A DNA stretch of 64,000 nucleotides, taken from the human T2T-CHM13v2.0 reference genome, Homo sapiens. The notes beneath the pieces are model-generated. The model was given only the letters and a program-made list of their open reading frames with translations, searched no databases and had not been told where the DNA came from. The stretch lies in NCBI RefSeq assembly GCF_009914755.1, contig NC_060934.1; one strand, 5' to 3'. Below, in pieces: positions 15,727 to 40,613 of the stretch. The position numbers and the translations under genes were made by a program. Positions within the stretch are counted from its first letter, which is position 1. The number at the start of each line of letters is the position of its first letter.

Positions 15727-18700
15727 GTAATACACTTAAATCTATATCAGAATGTGAGTAGGGAACTGCAAATGACTGTCAGCCCATAATTAGAAAAATA
15801 CTGTTCAGTAGAGGTTTGAGATCCAAATCAGGTTAAGAAATAATAATAAGGTGGGAAGCTAGGTGAATATAGAGATGTTATTAAGAACTAAAGCATTGAG
15901 AGAAGGCTTTAGTCTGAGAAAAGAAACAGTGTTCGCAAGAGTTGGTGAAAGGACTGCATGAGGAATAGAGAGAGCACATGAACATGGAGGAGAGATGAAC
16001 AGCTTCCTCCAAAAGAAGAGCGTGGCTCTCATGGCCTTTTACACATGGTGTAGTACTCAGTAAATATTTATCCAATGGATGGCGTTGATAGGGCAGAGTT
16101 GGGGGCTCTGTCTTTTTAGGGTGGCTTCCAGGGGCTTTCAAAACATCAGGGGCTGGAACTTGGATTCAGTGGGGTAGCTTATGGATATGGCTTGTGTATT
16201 GGAAGAGGGGGAGTTCAGGTGTACAACTCAGTTTTTCAGGTCTTTCCAGTGTTTAGGTGTAAGATAATTTAGGCAACAACTCAGTATTTCGAGGAGCATA
16301 GTAACATAAAGAGGACATTGGGATGACCTAAAGCTGGGATTGGGAGGAAAACAGAGAATATAGTATTTTAAGCTGAAGATGGACAGTGTCTGGGTGTTGT
16401 GTTTGGCTTATGTTTGGAGGTACTTGGAAAAGAGTAGGGTCTGTGTTGAGGAATGAGCATAACTGAGAACAGGAAGGAGGGAAATGGATTGAGAATGCAA
16501 GTAGCAGATCCAACTCCTCTGCTTTGGGTTTTAGAAAATGTAATAATGATACTGTTATTAAAAGATGTCACAAATCCAGCAACATTAATAGCCCTTTGAT
16601 GACTTCTGGTTTATTATTTTTATTGCTCCAAACATACTTTATTAAGTGCTAAAGCAGAGTGAGTGCCTGCCTCCCTTGAAAACTTTCCAACTAAAGGTTT
16701 TTGGCTATCATCCCAGCTGGCCTGTTTCTTGATTGATAGCAGCTAGACATATGGAGGTATGTCTAATACTTCTAATAGTCAGGTATGCTGTAGAGCAAGG
16801 TGTGACAGCCATTGGCTTGTGAAGCAATTTCCTGTGACATTTGAACCTCCAAAACTGCCTTAGGGGGTTAGAGTATAAGTAGGTCATTATTGAGCTCCCA
16901 GAACTGCAACTCTTGATGAGTCTCCAAGAATCACACTTAGTCTCCTAAAGCCACGGTATGGAATGCCCAGAAACTTAAGGTGGTAATTGATGAAGGAGAT
17001 GATATTGGCATGACTTTTTTTAGCCCTCTGAATTCTTGGTAGAAGAACACAGGAGTTATTTTTCATTAGAAAATACTTTCATAGCCCTACTGCCATCTGT
17101 ACTGATCATCAGATCTATTGGTAGGAGGATTAATGGGATACCAAGAACATAACATTGATGTTGATAGATACCAGCATTTGTTACCTTCATTGTCATTTCT
17201 GGCACTGATTTGAATTTTTAGATAGGGGTAAATATTTAAGTAGTATCTCCTAAACTTTTTAAGAATTTGAGGCCTTCCCTTGGTTACAGAAGGCCACTAA
17301 TATTATACCACCATATTCTATAATAGTATGTAGACCATAATGGGTAAGAGAAGAGTAAAAGGAATACCATCTTTTCCCACCCATCTTACTTCTCAGTGTG
17401 TGCTAACTTACATTGTTATACTGTCTCTGTCTCCCTATAGTCTTTTGCAAAAATGGTGTCCATGTTAAGTGGAAAACCCAAAACTGAAAGGAAAAATTTA
17501 TAATCCAGTCACTAAAAGCAAATTATGTAACATACAAAGAGAGGAAAGCCCTTCATATCCCAACCCCTCGAGGCCTCATAAATAGTTGGTAGCCCATCAC
17601 CTTTCAGTTGAATAGCAAATATTGAACACTTAGAGTTTGATAAACTATAAATCCCTAATAGCTAGATATGTGTTGTTATCACTGCTATGTTAAAGGCACT
17701 GTGCTGCATGCCATCTTTTGCTCTGAAGTTGTTCATGTTTTATTTGGAGAGACAGTATGTAACTATGTGACTAGTCCCACAGCAATCTGCAGGGAAATTA
17801 ATATAAAACAACCTTATAACAGATGTACTAAAACTGTATTTCATTGCCTGATAAGTGACACAGAATATGACTTCAAAAGGAGATTAGAGGGATAGGACAG
17901 GGGAAAAAGAACAAAAGGGGATTAGATCCCCCAATGCTAGACTGGTTGATGCAGTTTCATGTTGGTGAGGCTATAGAATTAAACAAGAGATTATAGTTCC
18001 CACTTTTACTATGCTGTTCTGTTTCTAATTTCTGTTTTCTATTCCATTTTAAAAAAATCTATAGACTTTATTTTTGAGTAGTTTTAGATTTATTTAAAAA
18101 ATTGAACAGAGTACAGAGTTCCCTTGTACCCCCTCACCTGTCGTTCTAATTTTTTTCACAATATCTTTTAAAAGTTCCAGCTCATTTTAACAGATTTCTA
18201 ATTCATATTTTATAAAAATGTCTGAATTGACATGTTATTGACTGCCTAAGTGGGGATTTATTGACTCACTTTCCAGATGCTGTATATTCTAATGCAGTCA
18301 GTTGGGACATTCAGTGAAGAATCTGAGTGAATTATGTACTCTGTTTTTATTGTTCAATCCATTAGTGAATGATGACTAGATCTCTGGTCCAAACAGAAAG
18401 AGGGAACATTAAGTAGATTCCATCACTCATAGTTTTTGTTTTTGTAACCAGGTGACTCCTAAAATTAAAAATCTCCCTTTGAGCTCTGTTATATTTGTTG
18501 CATAACATTTTTTCCTCAGAATCAGTATAGAAGCCAGCAGCATTTTAATTTCTGATCCTCTTTCAAAACTGCAGAAAGGTGAACAGTTCTGGGCCTGTAT
18601 TGTCAGTACAAGGAAGCTTTTATTTAAGGATTCTTGCCTGAAGATTCAGATTCCTAGTGTACCTTGCTCTGTCCTTGGCAGTGCTTGTTTCAGTGAATTC

Positions 18701-19282
18701 CATGAGATATGGCATGTGGAGTATGGTTAGGGCATTTTTTAATTTGTCAGGGTATATATATAGTAAATCATAAAATCTTAAATTGATTTTCTTCAGTAGA
18801 AAGTGAGTTAACAAGCAGTTAAGTGGAAGAGAAAAACAGAAATGAAGGGCTTGAATAACCTCACCTACATAATTGAGAATTGATTATATGGGTTAATTCT
18901 ATGTAAATAGATTTTTGAAGCAACTGTAGTAATTTCACACCACCAACTTGTGCCCAAATCTTGTTGTCCTTGTCACTGTAACCCCCAGTGCCTCTCATTT
19001 AAATTTGTTTTACCTATAACTGTAAAGTGGTTTGTTATGTTTAATTGTGTTTAATTAAAAGTACCCATGAAAACGTTCTTATTCCTATCTTCCAAGATGA
19101 GCCAGAATTTATAGTATAGTCCTTGACATATAAGGACTCAGAGCTAGAGCTTTATCCTGTCTTAGAGATAGAACTGCACAAGTCATTTTTTAAAAGTGGA
19201 ATGTTAGCATTTAAAATCATTTCTGAAAATAAGTCTCATTAGTTCTACAAGACTATCAACTCCTTAAACATTGATTTAGCGG

Positions 19283-19324
19283 TCTAGTCTAGCTCTAGTC
19301 TAGTCTAGCCTACAATCTAGTCTG
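19283..19324. repeat. Degenerate (TCTAG)n pentanucleotide microsatellite
   Basis: tctagtctagctctagtctagtctagcctacaatctagtctg. Confidence 0.7.
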
Positions 19325-20608
19325 GCCCCTTCTTATTTTATAGATAAGGTAACTAAGGCCCAGAAGGGTTGTAGCTAAAGTAAGTTCATGCCAGAGTTGG
19401 CATTAGAATCTGTGCCTCCTGGTTTCTAGCCCTGTGCTCTTTCCATGACATTAAGCCTTTGTCTCTACCTGACTGGGTCTCAGCCAGTCAACAGATATTG
19501 AACAAATATTCTGTGCCCAGCGCTGATCTTAGTGATGTTGGGGGTAAAAGAGAAGGATAACAATATTTAAACAGTGTACAGTCCTGTGGAATAATGAGAC
19601 TTATTTATTCTCAGGAATGACTAGAAAAAAAAGAGTATTCTATTTAAATGAATTGGAAATGCCTTTGTGAAATATACCATTATTTTATGAATTACTAAGA
19701 TAGAAAAAACTTTGACACAGTGCTTTTCCCTTAAAATTTTAATTTTATACATATTGAAACAACTCTCCTAATTAGACATAAATTTTTTTTATCATATTTC
19801 ATCTTCATACATAAAAAATGTAGTAAAATAAATTGGTTAAGATTTTCCTAATACTTCACGTTCACAATCCAACTCTTTCTAATAATTTGTTGATTCAGCC
19901 ACTGATATTGATGCTTTTCTATTCAGTGTCATCCATTTTGCCATTGAGAACTTTGATGACGCAGCATTTCTTAAAAGAATACATAAAAGAACCAAAAATC
20001 TTTGTTGCAGAATTCTTAAGACACCTTTGTACTTGTGTAGAGCTGTTCTGATATTTAGAATTTTCCTCCACATTACTGACCATCCTTTCTGCCAGTTTTG
20101 GTACTGGTGCTTCTGATACACATGTGCAGGAAGCAATAACAATATGTTGATTGTGATGCGTCCTAATGTCAGTGTTGTTAAAATGTGAAAAAAAGGATAT
20201 ATCTTAGAATTGATGAAATGTATATATCCAACTACTGAGTGTTAGGAAATAGTAATATAGGAAAGGAAAGATCGCCAAATTGGAGTAAATTGGGAAAGAA
20301 GCATCCAGAGGAGTTTAAAGATTGAAGCTGGATCTTGGGAGAAGACGGAACATGAGCAGAAAAAGCATTCCAGGTTGTGAGAACAGCTTGTGAAAAACAG
20401 AATCAGAATCAAGTCCTAAGTTTGTCACTATCAGAAGTTTAGATGATTTATTTTGAAATTTTGTTTTCTTTTTATAATTTATTCTGAATTTTCTTCATGA
20501 TTAACCAGGGCAGTTGAAGTTTATTGGTAAAGGGAAAGAAAAAAGTATCAATTTTTTTCCCCCAATTTTAGAGTGCCATTTAGAATCATTTAAAAAATAT
20601 ATGTTCTT

Positions 20609-20891
20609 ACCTGAGCAGGGTGGCTCACACCTGTAATCCCAGCACTTTGTGAGGCCGAGGCAGGTGGATCGCTTGAGTGCAGGAGTTTGAGACCACCCTA
20701 GGCAACATGGCAAAACCTCATCTCTACAAAAAATACAAAACTTAGCCGGGCGTAGTGGCATGTGCCTGTGGTCCCAGCTACTGGGGAGGGTGAGGTGGAA
20801 GGATCGCTTGAGCCCAGGAGGCAGACGCTGCAGTGAGCCAAGTCATATCCCTGCACTTCAGCCTGGGCAACAGAATGAGACCCTGTCTCAA
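20609..20891 (+). mobile_element. AluJ (tail eroded)
   Basis: ggtggctcacacctgtaatcccagcactttg..ggatcgcttgagcccaggag..gagaccctgtctc. Confidence 0.92.
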
Positions 20892-20932
20892 CATACATGT
20901 ATTTGTTGTTGTATAAATCAAATAAGTCTTGG

Positions 20933-21255
<323 letters not shown>

Positions 21256-21512
21256 TTAGAATAAGTCTTGTTAAGCATGCATTTGGACAAAATAATTAAC
21301 TTGAAGCATGTACATTTTATTCATTCTATAAATATATATTGACTGCCTAGTTTGCAAGGTAATATGTTCAGTGGGGGAATATAGGAATAAATATGACATG
21401 TCAGTTATAGTTGAATTTAAAACCAAAATGTTGGTAAGGAAATTGAAACTCCATCCTTCTTTTCCAGCCTTATTTACTAGAATAAGGTATTAGTTTGCTA
21501 GGGCTGTCATAC

Positions 21513-27749
<6,237 letters not shown>

Positions 27750-28630
27750 GATTTATTTTTCATTGGAATGTTGGTGAATAATTACTGTGTTCTTTTGGAG
27801 GTGTTATGTTTCCTTGCTTTTTTATGTTTCTTGTGTTCTTTCATTCATATCTGTGCATCTAGTATAATAGTCACTTCTTCAAATTTTATGGATTGGCTTT
27901 CATAGGGAAAATACTTTTTCCTATAGATACATCTATTCTTTTGGTTGGGTCAGGCACTTTGGTTTTGATTCTGGGTGGGTAAAGTAGCATAGTTTCTGTA
28001 TGATATCTTGGGCTGTAATCAGTTATTTGTGTCTGTGAGTTTTTCAATGGCTTAGGCTGTGGTGGTTAGTGGAAGCTGTAGTAGAACTTTGCTGGGGATG
28101 AGGACACCAGGTAGAGGCCAGTCCTTGGACAACAGCAGGCTGAGTGTGCTGATCCTTAGGGCTTCAGGCAGCGTTCTGTGCACCAAAGGTAGTGAGTCTG
28201 GACAGGCTGATCCTTAGGCCTCCAGGCATTTTACTTGGGTGTCAGCAGTGGCAGCAGTGTGCTGGGTGAGCGTATGGGTCCTTGGGCTCCTGGGCAATGT
28301 GTTTTGGTGATGGTAGGAGCAGCAGTGGGCTATCCCTCTGGCTCCCAAGCAGCACGCAGAATAATTACGCAGGTGGGGGGTTGTGGCGGGTCAATCTCCA
28401 GGCTCCCTGATGTTGCACTTGAATGCAGGCTGTGGCAAGTGGGGCAGGCTAATCCCTAGCCCTCAGACAGTGTGCTTGGGTGCCGCTCATTGTTGTAGCA
28501 GCGGAAAGCTGTGTAGGCTCATTCTTAGGCCCCAGGAAGGTGTGCATGAGTGACAGGTGGGCAGGTCTGCTTTCAGGTTCCCCTCATGGTGTGTGTGGGT
28601 GCCAGTGGCAGCAGCTAGGAGGGGCATAAT
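27750..28630 (-). mobile_element. Old L1, right part (ORF1 start and GC-rich 5' region)
   Basis: Continues the host L1 sequence interrupted at 24747; the right boundary is approximate. Confidence 0.65.
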
Positions 28631-29261
28631 GTGGCATATTTTTTTTTTGTCTGTGGGGAATAATTGGCATGTGACTTCAGAATTTCTTGTTTTTTTCCTT
28701 TTATATGTTGAAGAACTAAGTATTAAATAAACAGAAAACAAAAAATAAAAACTCAATGATGCATGCCTTGTTGATCTTGTGCTCTCTCCCCTATCCTTTT
28801 ATCCCTCTGCGAATAGGCATCAGGGCAATAACATCATTACTAGTTGGGTAATAGTTTATAGACTTGTTTTCAAGACCAGACTGCTAGGCCCTAAGTGTCT
28901 TCAAACCCTTTATTTCGGGAAGTTAATTTTAATTTAGTTGAATGGTTTTGTGGAAGCTAGTTGTGCATATGAAGGAATACTCACATATCATTTATGCTTT
29001 ATAAATAGCAACACAGACCACTATTTAAGATCCTAAAAATATTTGTGATTCATAACTCAAAATTGTTTTCTCTGAATCATTTGTAAACTTTCCCTTGGTC
29101 TATAATAGATAGATCAGAATGAATGAAATTCTAAACGTCTACCATCTGTTTTTGCTCTATCAGACATTCTTAGCCCTAATAAAAAATATTGTGAAGGTTT
29201 CATATTGACTTTATAGGAGGGATTGCCCAAATACATGTGATTCTTAAGGTAAATGTTTCTG

Positions 29262-29566
29262 TTGTCTACAGTATAAATACAATGCAAGTCACAAATGTGA
29301 ACCACATGTATGGTTTTGCATTTTCTAGTAGCCATATTAGAAAAGTAATAACAGGTAAAATTAATAATATATTTTAACCTAATATGTTCAAAATACCATT
29401 TCAACATGTAATCGGTATAAAAAATTATTAAAGACATTTTTTTTTGTATTAAGTCTTGAAATCTGTGGGATATTTTATACTTACAGCATATCTCAATTTG
29501 ACCTAGCCACATTTTACTTATTACATAGCCACATGTGACAGGCAGCTACTGTATTGGACAGTTCAG
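29262..29566 (+). mobile_element. Second MER33-like element
   Basis: Same motifs as 3236..3549 (cacaaatgtgaaccaca, ttttctagtagcca, ctactgtattggacag). Confidence 0.75.
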
Positions 29567-30224
29567 GCCTACTGCCAAAGTACATAATCAGTACATCAGA
29601 TTGTAGAGCTTTTTCTTAAAGCTTCCCATACTGCCATGTCTCATCACTCTGTGTCAGTGGTCCTACCTCCCCATCCCTCTTCACAGCCTTTCTTTGCCTC
29701 ACTTCCATCTTCATCCCATGTTATCCTCTCTTTGACACTTTCTCCCTTTTATGCCACAAATCCTCTCCTTCTTTCTGTCAAGTTCTCTTGCATGTTTTGC
29801 TGAGATTCTTAGGAAAGAAAGTTCCATTAACAGTATGATATCCTATCTCCACAAAAAAAAATGTGTTACTGGGGAAATGTAAGTTGATCTCAACAATATC
29901 AGTACCCTGGGGGAAATGAAGTTCTTCCTCCTCTAGGAAAAGTTAGGAATCTCTGATGATTGTGGATTCTGAGTGATACAGGAAGAACTGATCAGAAGTA
30001 TGTAACTCGTAGCCTTTGTTTGTTTCATGAAATGTAGAACAAGAATTATGTTTTTTGCTATTATTAACACTGTTTTTAATCAGTGTCAGAAGCCAGATGT
30101 TTAATAGGTACCTCGGAAATGAGATATAAGTATACAAGTTTAGCTTTGCTGACTAGATTAGAGCAAAGGAGCATAATCAAATTTTCTTGCCAGACTATCC
30201 TGTCATTTCCTTCCTTTTTGTAAC

Positions 30225-30516
30225 TTTTTTTTTTGGTACAAAGTCTTGGCTCGGTAACCCAGGTTGGAGTGTAGTGGCACAGTCTTGGCTCACTGCAGCC
30301 TCGACCTCCCGGACTCAAGCTATCCTCCGGCCTCAGCACTCCCACCCTGAGTAGCTGGGATTACAGGTGTGTGCCTCCATGCCCGGCTAATGTTTTGTAT
30401 TTTTTGTAGAGGCAGGGTTTTGCCATGTTGCCCAGGCTGGTCTTGAACTCAAGCAGTTTGCCTGCCTGGGCCTCCCAAAGTGCTGGGATTACAGGTCTGT
30501 GCCACCATGCCTGGCC
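30225..30516 (-). mobile_element. AluJ
   Basis: Antisense dimeric Alu with poly-T. Confidence 0.92.
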
Positions 30517-30659
30517 TGTAACATTTCTCAGGATTTATATTTCTAAGATATTTTGTGATTTGCATTGTATCTTTGACAGTGTATTATTTAGCCCCAATTT
30601 ATGAATGTACAAACATGCAGTTCCTTGTTTTGTTTGGGTTTTGCAAAGTAACTCAAAGT

Positions 30660-31095
30660 CAATGCAGAAAATGAAGAAAACAATTTTACAATAACCTCAA
30701 AAAGAATAAAACATTTAGGAATACATTTAACAAAAGAGGTATAAAACTTATACTCTGAAAACTATAAAACATTGTTGGAGGAAATTAAGGACTTAGAGAA
30801 ATGGAAAGACATCCCATGTTTATCTACTGGAGAACTTAATATTGTTCAGATATTTCCTAAGTTGATTTACATATTCAGTGCAATCCCAGCTGCCTGGTTG
30901 GCAGAAAATTTTTTGCAGAAATTGACAAGCAGATCCTCAAATTCTCTGGAAATGCAAAGTGCCCTAAATAATCAAAAGTGATTTTGAAAAGAACAAAGTT
31001 GGAGGACTCAGGCTTTCTAGTAAGCTTCTTGATTTCAAAGAGTACTATAAAGCTACAGTAACCAAAACAGTGTGGCACTGGCATAAGGATTGACT
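30660..31095 (+). mobile_element. Old L1M ORF2 fragment
   Basis: ORF fragment [27 protein letters not shown]; tactataaagctacagtaaccaaaacagtgtgg. Confidence 0.8.
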
Positions 31096-31953
31096 TGCAA
31101 GTTATTGCAGACTCCTTTTGTCCCTGGCCTCTGAGTTATTCCAAACTGTTAACACTAATCTACTCTAGACGTTTAAGAATTTATTAAAGTTTAACTGATA
31201 CCTTCTTGCCCACTTATGTGGTGATCACTTCTTCCAGTGGTCTGCCAAAGGCAAAACAGTTTATGTATTCTGTTTCTCTTTGGGAGAGACTTGTCATTGT
31301 ATGGATTTTAAGATAAGCAGTTTCCCTTGTTATCTTACAAACTCAGCTCTCTGGTAAACTCAAGAAAAGTTATGATTTTATAGATCAGCTGGTCTTTTCT
31401 CTTGTTACAGTGGGAAGAACATTCTCTTCTGCTTTCTACATCCTAAGCAGAGTGGAACTAATATGGTGTTTGGCATGTAACAGACTTAGCACTTGGTTAA
31501 AATTCTTTTAAAGTGGGTTTACTTTACTGAATACTTATGTGCCAAGCAGTATGCTAAGCACTTACCATATCATCTCCTTTAGTCCATGCACTTATCTATG
31601 AAGTATAGGTACTGTTATTATTCCCATGTTTTACATGTAAAACTGAGGCTTAGTAGAGAAAAGGAACTGGAGGCACAGGAATAAATAATAATTTTTATTG
31701 ATATTATCCAAATCACCTTCCTCCTTCTCCCAATAAAACTCTTGAATCCATTTTTCAACTTTTCCAAGGAAAGGAGATATATATTCCTGGCATTGCAAGT
31801 TCTTATTTTCCTCATTTGATGGGAAAAGAGACACAGTATTAAAACCAGAGAAAGCTTGAAGGGACCTGGGTGAACTTTTGATTAACAGAGAGAGAGAGAG
31901 AGAAAAAAATATTATCTAAGGATCTGGTGGCTTTGGGTCATCAGCAGTGTGTG

Positions 31954-35159
<3,206 letters not shown>

Positions 35160-35889
35160 TCATGGCTTTGCTGCCGCTTTCCACTTTCCCGTTTTGTTTC
35201 TTTTGCTTCCAGTGTGAAGTTCAGCTTTTTTTATAGGACGGTAGAATTTTAATTTGTTACCTCTTTTATTAATTCCTTCACTAGCCTGCTATATGCACAT
35301 TCCTTAAGGTAGGTCTCATGCTAAGGACATTAAGTATAACTACTTGTACCACTTAATTTGTCTTAACAAATGCCTTTGTAAGCTGTCTCCTCACCCTTTA
35401 ATACATTCAACAAAAAGTGAAGTAAAAAAGTTTTTTTGAATTTTATTTAAAAACTTTTTTTCATTTTTGTTCACTTCCAGAAAAGAAACTATGAGCCTGG
35501 TCAGTAAGCTCAATTAAAACAAATATTATTAATTAATCTCTTCAGCTATTATCTAAGCTTCATTTTCCAAGATGTGCCATTTATAACTCACAACAGTATT
35601 CAGTCTGTGTTTTCTCGTGTGCTGGTTAGAGATGCAAGTTGAGTTTCATGCATTGCCTGTCTGCTGGAATTTCAACACTTTTTCAACAGTTCCATATGTA
35701 TAGTATAAACTGGGCGATAAGCACCTGATCATTATTGTATCTGTGAGTAGAATTAATACAGAGACTATGCCAAAGGTTGAGGAATGGGAACATGTAGAGA
35801 AAGGGAGGAGGATTGTTTATATATAGGAATATATTTTACAATAACCAGGTTTAATGTAACCGGCACTTAACGTGCTTCTTCCTTTCTAG

Positions 35890-36066
<177 letters not shown>

Positions 36067-36412
36067 TGAGTATGCAAATGATTGTGGATGTTAGGGAGGG
36101 TGAGATGAAGTCTTTAAAAAATGTTTTCTGAGAAATCATCTCTTGTTTTTTATATCCCGTTTTTCATATTTTAGCATCAGGCTGGTTTATTGTCTTTTCC
36201 AGGTCCAGTAGAAATTTTCTATATTAAACTACTGTTCTAAGTTCCTTAAAAATGTCAGGTAGCCTTTCTAGCCCCCATTTTAGCATTTAAGAAGACTGTC
36301 ATCAGTGATGACTTCATGGTGCATTTAGTCCATTAATACATATTGTAATTGTTGATATATTTGGATGTATTGTCAGATTGCCTGCCATCTTTATGTGTTT
36401 ATTTGTCCTATC

Positions 36413-36667
36413 TTTTTCTTTCTTGCCTTCTTTTGGGGTCACTGCAGCCTCGACTTCCTGGGCTCAAGCAATCCTCCCAGCTTAGCCTCCCAAGTAGCTG
36501 GGACCACAGGTGTGTGTCACCATGCCTGGCTAATTTTTGTATTTTTTTGTAGAGACAGGGTTTCACCATGTTGCCCAGGTTAGTCTCAAACTCCTGCACT
36601 TAAGCCATCCGCCTACTTCAGCCTCCCAAAGTGCTGGGATTACAAGTGTGAGTTACCACGCCTGGCC
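36413..36667 (-). mobile_element. AluJ (partly deleted)
   Basis: Antisense Alu arms with central ttttgtattttttgtagagac. Confidence 0.9.
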
Positions 36668-38722
36668 TCAACTAAGTTTTTATAGACAAAATAACTCTTC
36701 TTTTTTACGCTCTGCTCCTGTTTCATTGGTTTAATTTTATTTAATTCCATGGTGAAAATATCAACTCACACTGATATATGTGGGTTTGAGAACACTTGCA
36801 CTAACCCTTGGTATGTGTATAGCTGAAACTTATATAGGAGAAGTTAAAAGAGTTAGAAGTAGATACCTTTGTATATTTAGCTTATAAGAAAAAAATAAGC
36901 TTCAGGAATAAAGAGATGATAATCCAGAAAGAAAGTTATTAAGAAGATTTTCAGGGTCTGGAAGAAAGTCAGTATCAAGAAGAATTATACTTTAATGTTT
37001 CAGTCCTGATATTTAAAATGAACCAGGTCTGTAGTGTGATATAACAAATTTAAATTTAAAATTCACCTTGAATGTGTAAGATTCTATATAAGTCAGGGTA
37101 TAGCCCTTAACTTTTTCTTAAAGGATAAGTAAATATTTTAGACAACTCTGCCATTGTTAAACAGAAGCAAGCAAAAACAATACATAAATGAGCATGGCTG
37201 TAAACTAAAACTTTATTTATAAAAAGAAGTGTTCTGTTTTCATATGAAGTTCTAGAACAGGCAAAACTAGCAGCCATGTACTTGTTTAATCAGTTAAACT
37301 TAATTCGGTGGGGAGCATCAGTTCTATAACTAACAGAAAGAAAGGGTGAATGGATCCTGGATGACAGTTAATCTCTGCCATAAACTTTAAATGTATAGTG
37401 TGTAGGTCAGTCTTACTTACTAGAATTAGGTTAAAATCTAGTATCAGAACCTGTTCAACATAAAATTCATAATAGATTTTTTAAAAGCAGTCAGAGGGAT
37501 CAAATCCTGTTAGAACTACCTTAGACTGTCATAAATAATGATGATTCTTAAAACTAAGGATCATTTTGTTGATGTCTAGAATTTCTTGAAGATCAATTAA
37601 CTCTTACAAACTATTTACTTCCCTTTGCTTTGTTTCTTGATAATCTCACCTGCAGGACCATGTTTCTATCAAATTCAAAAACATTCCCCAAAGAGAAAAA
37701 TTTTAAAGGATTATGAAATTTTGAAGTATAAAAGGCCCTCTAGAACCCATCTGTGATTTATAAAAATGAAAATATTAATATTGATGAACATTGCTATTAA
37801 TAATAAAAGTAATGAACACCATTAATTTATTAGATGCCCATGAAGTGCTCAACACCATCTTCTTTGCCTTGTCATGGATGATCTCATTTCCATTTTCACA
37901 ACAACTCTGTGGGGAACATACTTTCTTCATTTTTACAGAGGAGCCGACCTAGCTTCAAGAGAGGTTAAACTTGCCCAGGGTCTCAAGGTGGCAGAACCCT
38001 GAGTCCATGAGCATTTTTAAGCTCTTAGCTGAAAAATATAACTGTTATGTCATCATCCTGACATTCCTTGTGCTCACTAGGTAGTTGTTCTCCAAAATAA
38101 AAGTGTTTTTCTAGTACTTAAATGTTCATTCTTTTGATGCTTTCTAATCTGGTCTGATATTTCTCTTATCATGATTCCTTTCATCCTTAATTTTTCTGAC
38201 TTTGCCACATAATTCTTTCTAATTTTTTCTTATTTTTTTAACCTCCCTTCTGCAACAAGTGAAGAATAGATCAGCCTCTCTGATTATAGTTGCCCCCTTT
38301 TTTCCCCGTTACTTGACTTTTTTAAAAAAATTGAATAACATCTTCAGTATAATCTCCCCTACCCCATTCTCTTCTCTTTCTGTCTCTGTCCTCAAGGACA
38401 GAGTTTACATTTGCATTAAATCCAGGTGACCTTCCCTGCCTACCTACTCCTCTTATATTCTACCCCTCCTCTGCTTCCTCTTTCCATTTCTTCTCATTCC
38501 CTGCCCATAAGAACATCTCTTGTAAATAGTGCATTAAATACTTTACATCCCCAAGGGACTTGTGAGGATTAATTAGTTGATGTCTATAAAATGGCTGAGA
38601 ACGTAAAATACTCCTGGGTACTTGTTTATGATGGTATTATTGCTTTTAAAATTCAATGGCTTCTTCTGTCCTCCAAACTGTTTTCTGTGTCATTATCCCC
38701 ATTCCACCTGTGCACTCGTTGA

Positions 38723-38971
<249 letters not shown>

Positions 38972-39399
38972 TGAGCAAGTTGGCATCTTATTCAGCCAGT
39001 GTAGGTAATAGGGCAGTTAGTGGTTTTTTTGAGGTAAGGTACTTTGGTACCCATTCTCACCTTTCACCTTAGTCCAGTGGTATTTGGAGAGATAGAGTCA
39101 ACACCTTCCAAGGTTATTTGTACACATAACTGTCTGTCATGATAGTACGTAAACAGATTAAGGTAGAGATTGAAGAATCCAATGGGGCTCTTAAAATATT
39201 GGTGATTTTTTTTTTCCATCCTAGACAAGTGAATTTAATTAGCCCTTTAACCTGTCTAGTGAGAAATTATAATACATACCCTCTGAATATATGATTGGGC
39301 CTTCTTACATATACCATTGGCCTCATGATAGATCTGATGCAGAGGCATTCAAAGAAAATAGAGATATTGAAACGTTAGTTCCTATCTGAACCACCTAGA

Positions 39400-39644
39400 A
39401 TATGGATCTGCAAAATTATTCTATAAAGGACCAAACAGTAAATACAATATTTTAGGCTTTGTGGAGCATCAGGTCTCTGTCACTACTTAACTCTGCTGTT
39501 GGAGCAAGAAAGCAGCCATAGACAATATACAAACCAAATGGGCATGGCTCTGCTTCAGTAAAATAATAAAATTACTTTGTAAATAAATATAAAAACAGGT
39601 GGTTGGCTGGATTTGGTCATGGAGCCATAGTTTGCTGATACCTG
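39400..39644 (+). mobile_element. MER58A-like hAT-Charlie MITE
   Basis: aatattttaggctttgtgg..aaagcagccatagacaata..ggctggatttgg..ccatagtttgctga..cctg. Confidence 0.8.
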
Positions 39645-39744
39645 ATCTAAAATAATTACTGCCACGTTGATCTTTAGATCTGTCTCTTTTGCTTGCTTTG
39701 AAAAAAAAGCATAACATCTAGGAAATACTAAGAGCTATCCCTAG

Positions 39745-39930
<186 letters not shown>

Positions 39931-40256
39931 TGATGGTGGTATTATTGTTCTTTCCAGAAGTTTTATAGCATCCAGACATCTAAAGACATATCACTTTTAT
40001 TTTTAGTGTTAAAAGAAATATGTTTTTAAGAAAAAATAAATAAAAGGGAAATGACCATGTTGGAAATATGGCATCTGAGCAGCCACTTGGAGTGTGTGAG
40101 AACTAACTGCAGGCAATGCAGCAATCAGTTTCTGATGACATCCCTACCTAGTTTACCTCTGTGTTTAGCTGCCTGATAGAGTCACTGTAAGATACTTTGT
40201 TAATGCAGATAATGAAGCCAGGGTTGTTTGTGCTTTGCCATGTTAATTTCCTCTGA

Positions 40257-40613
<357 letters not shown>

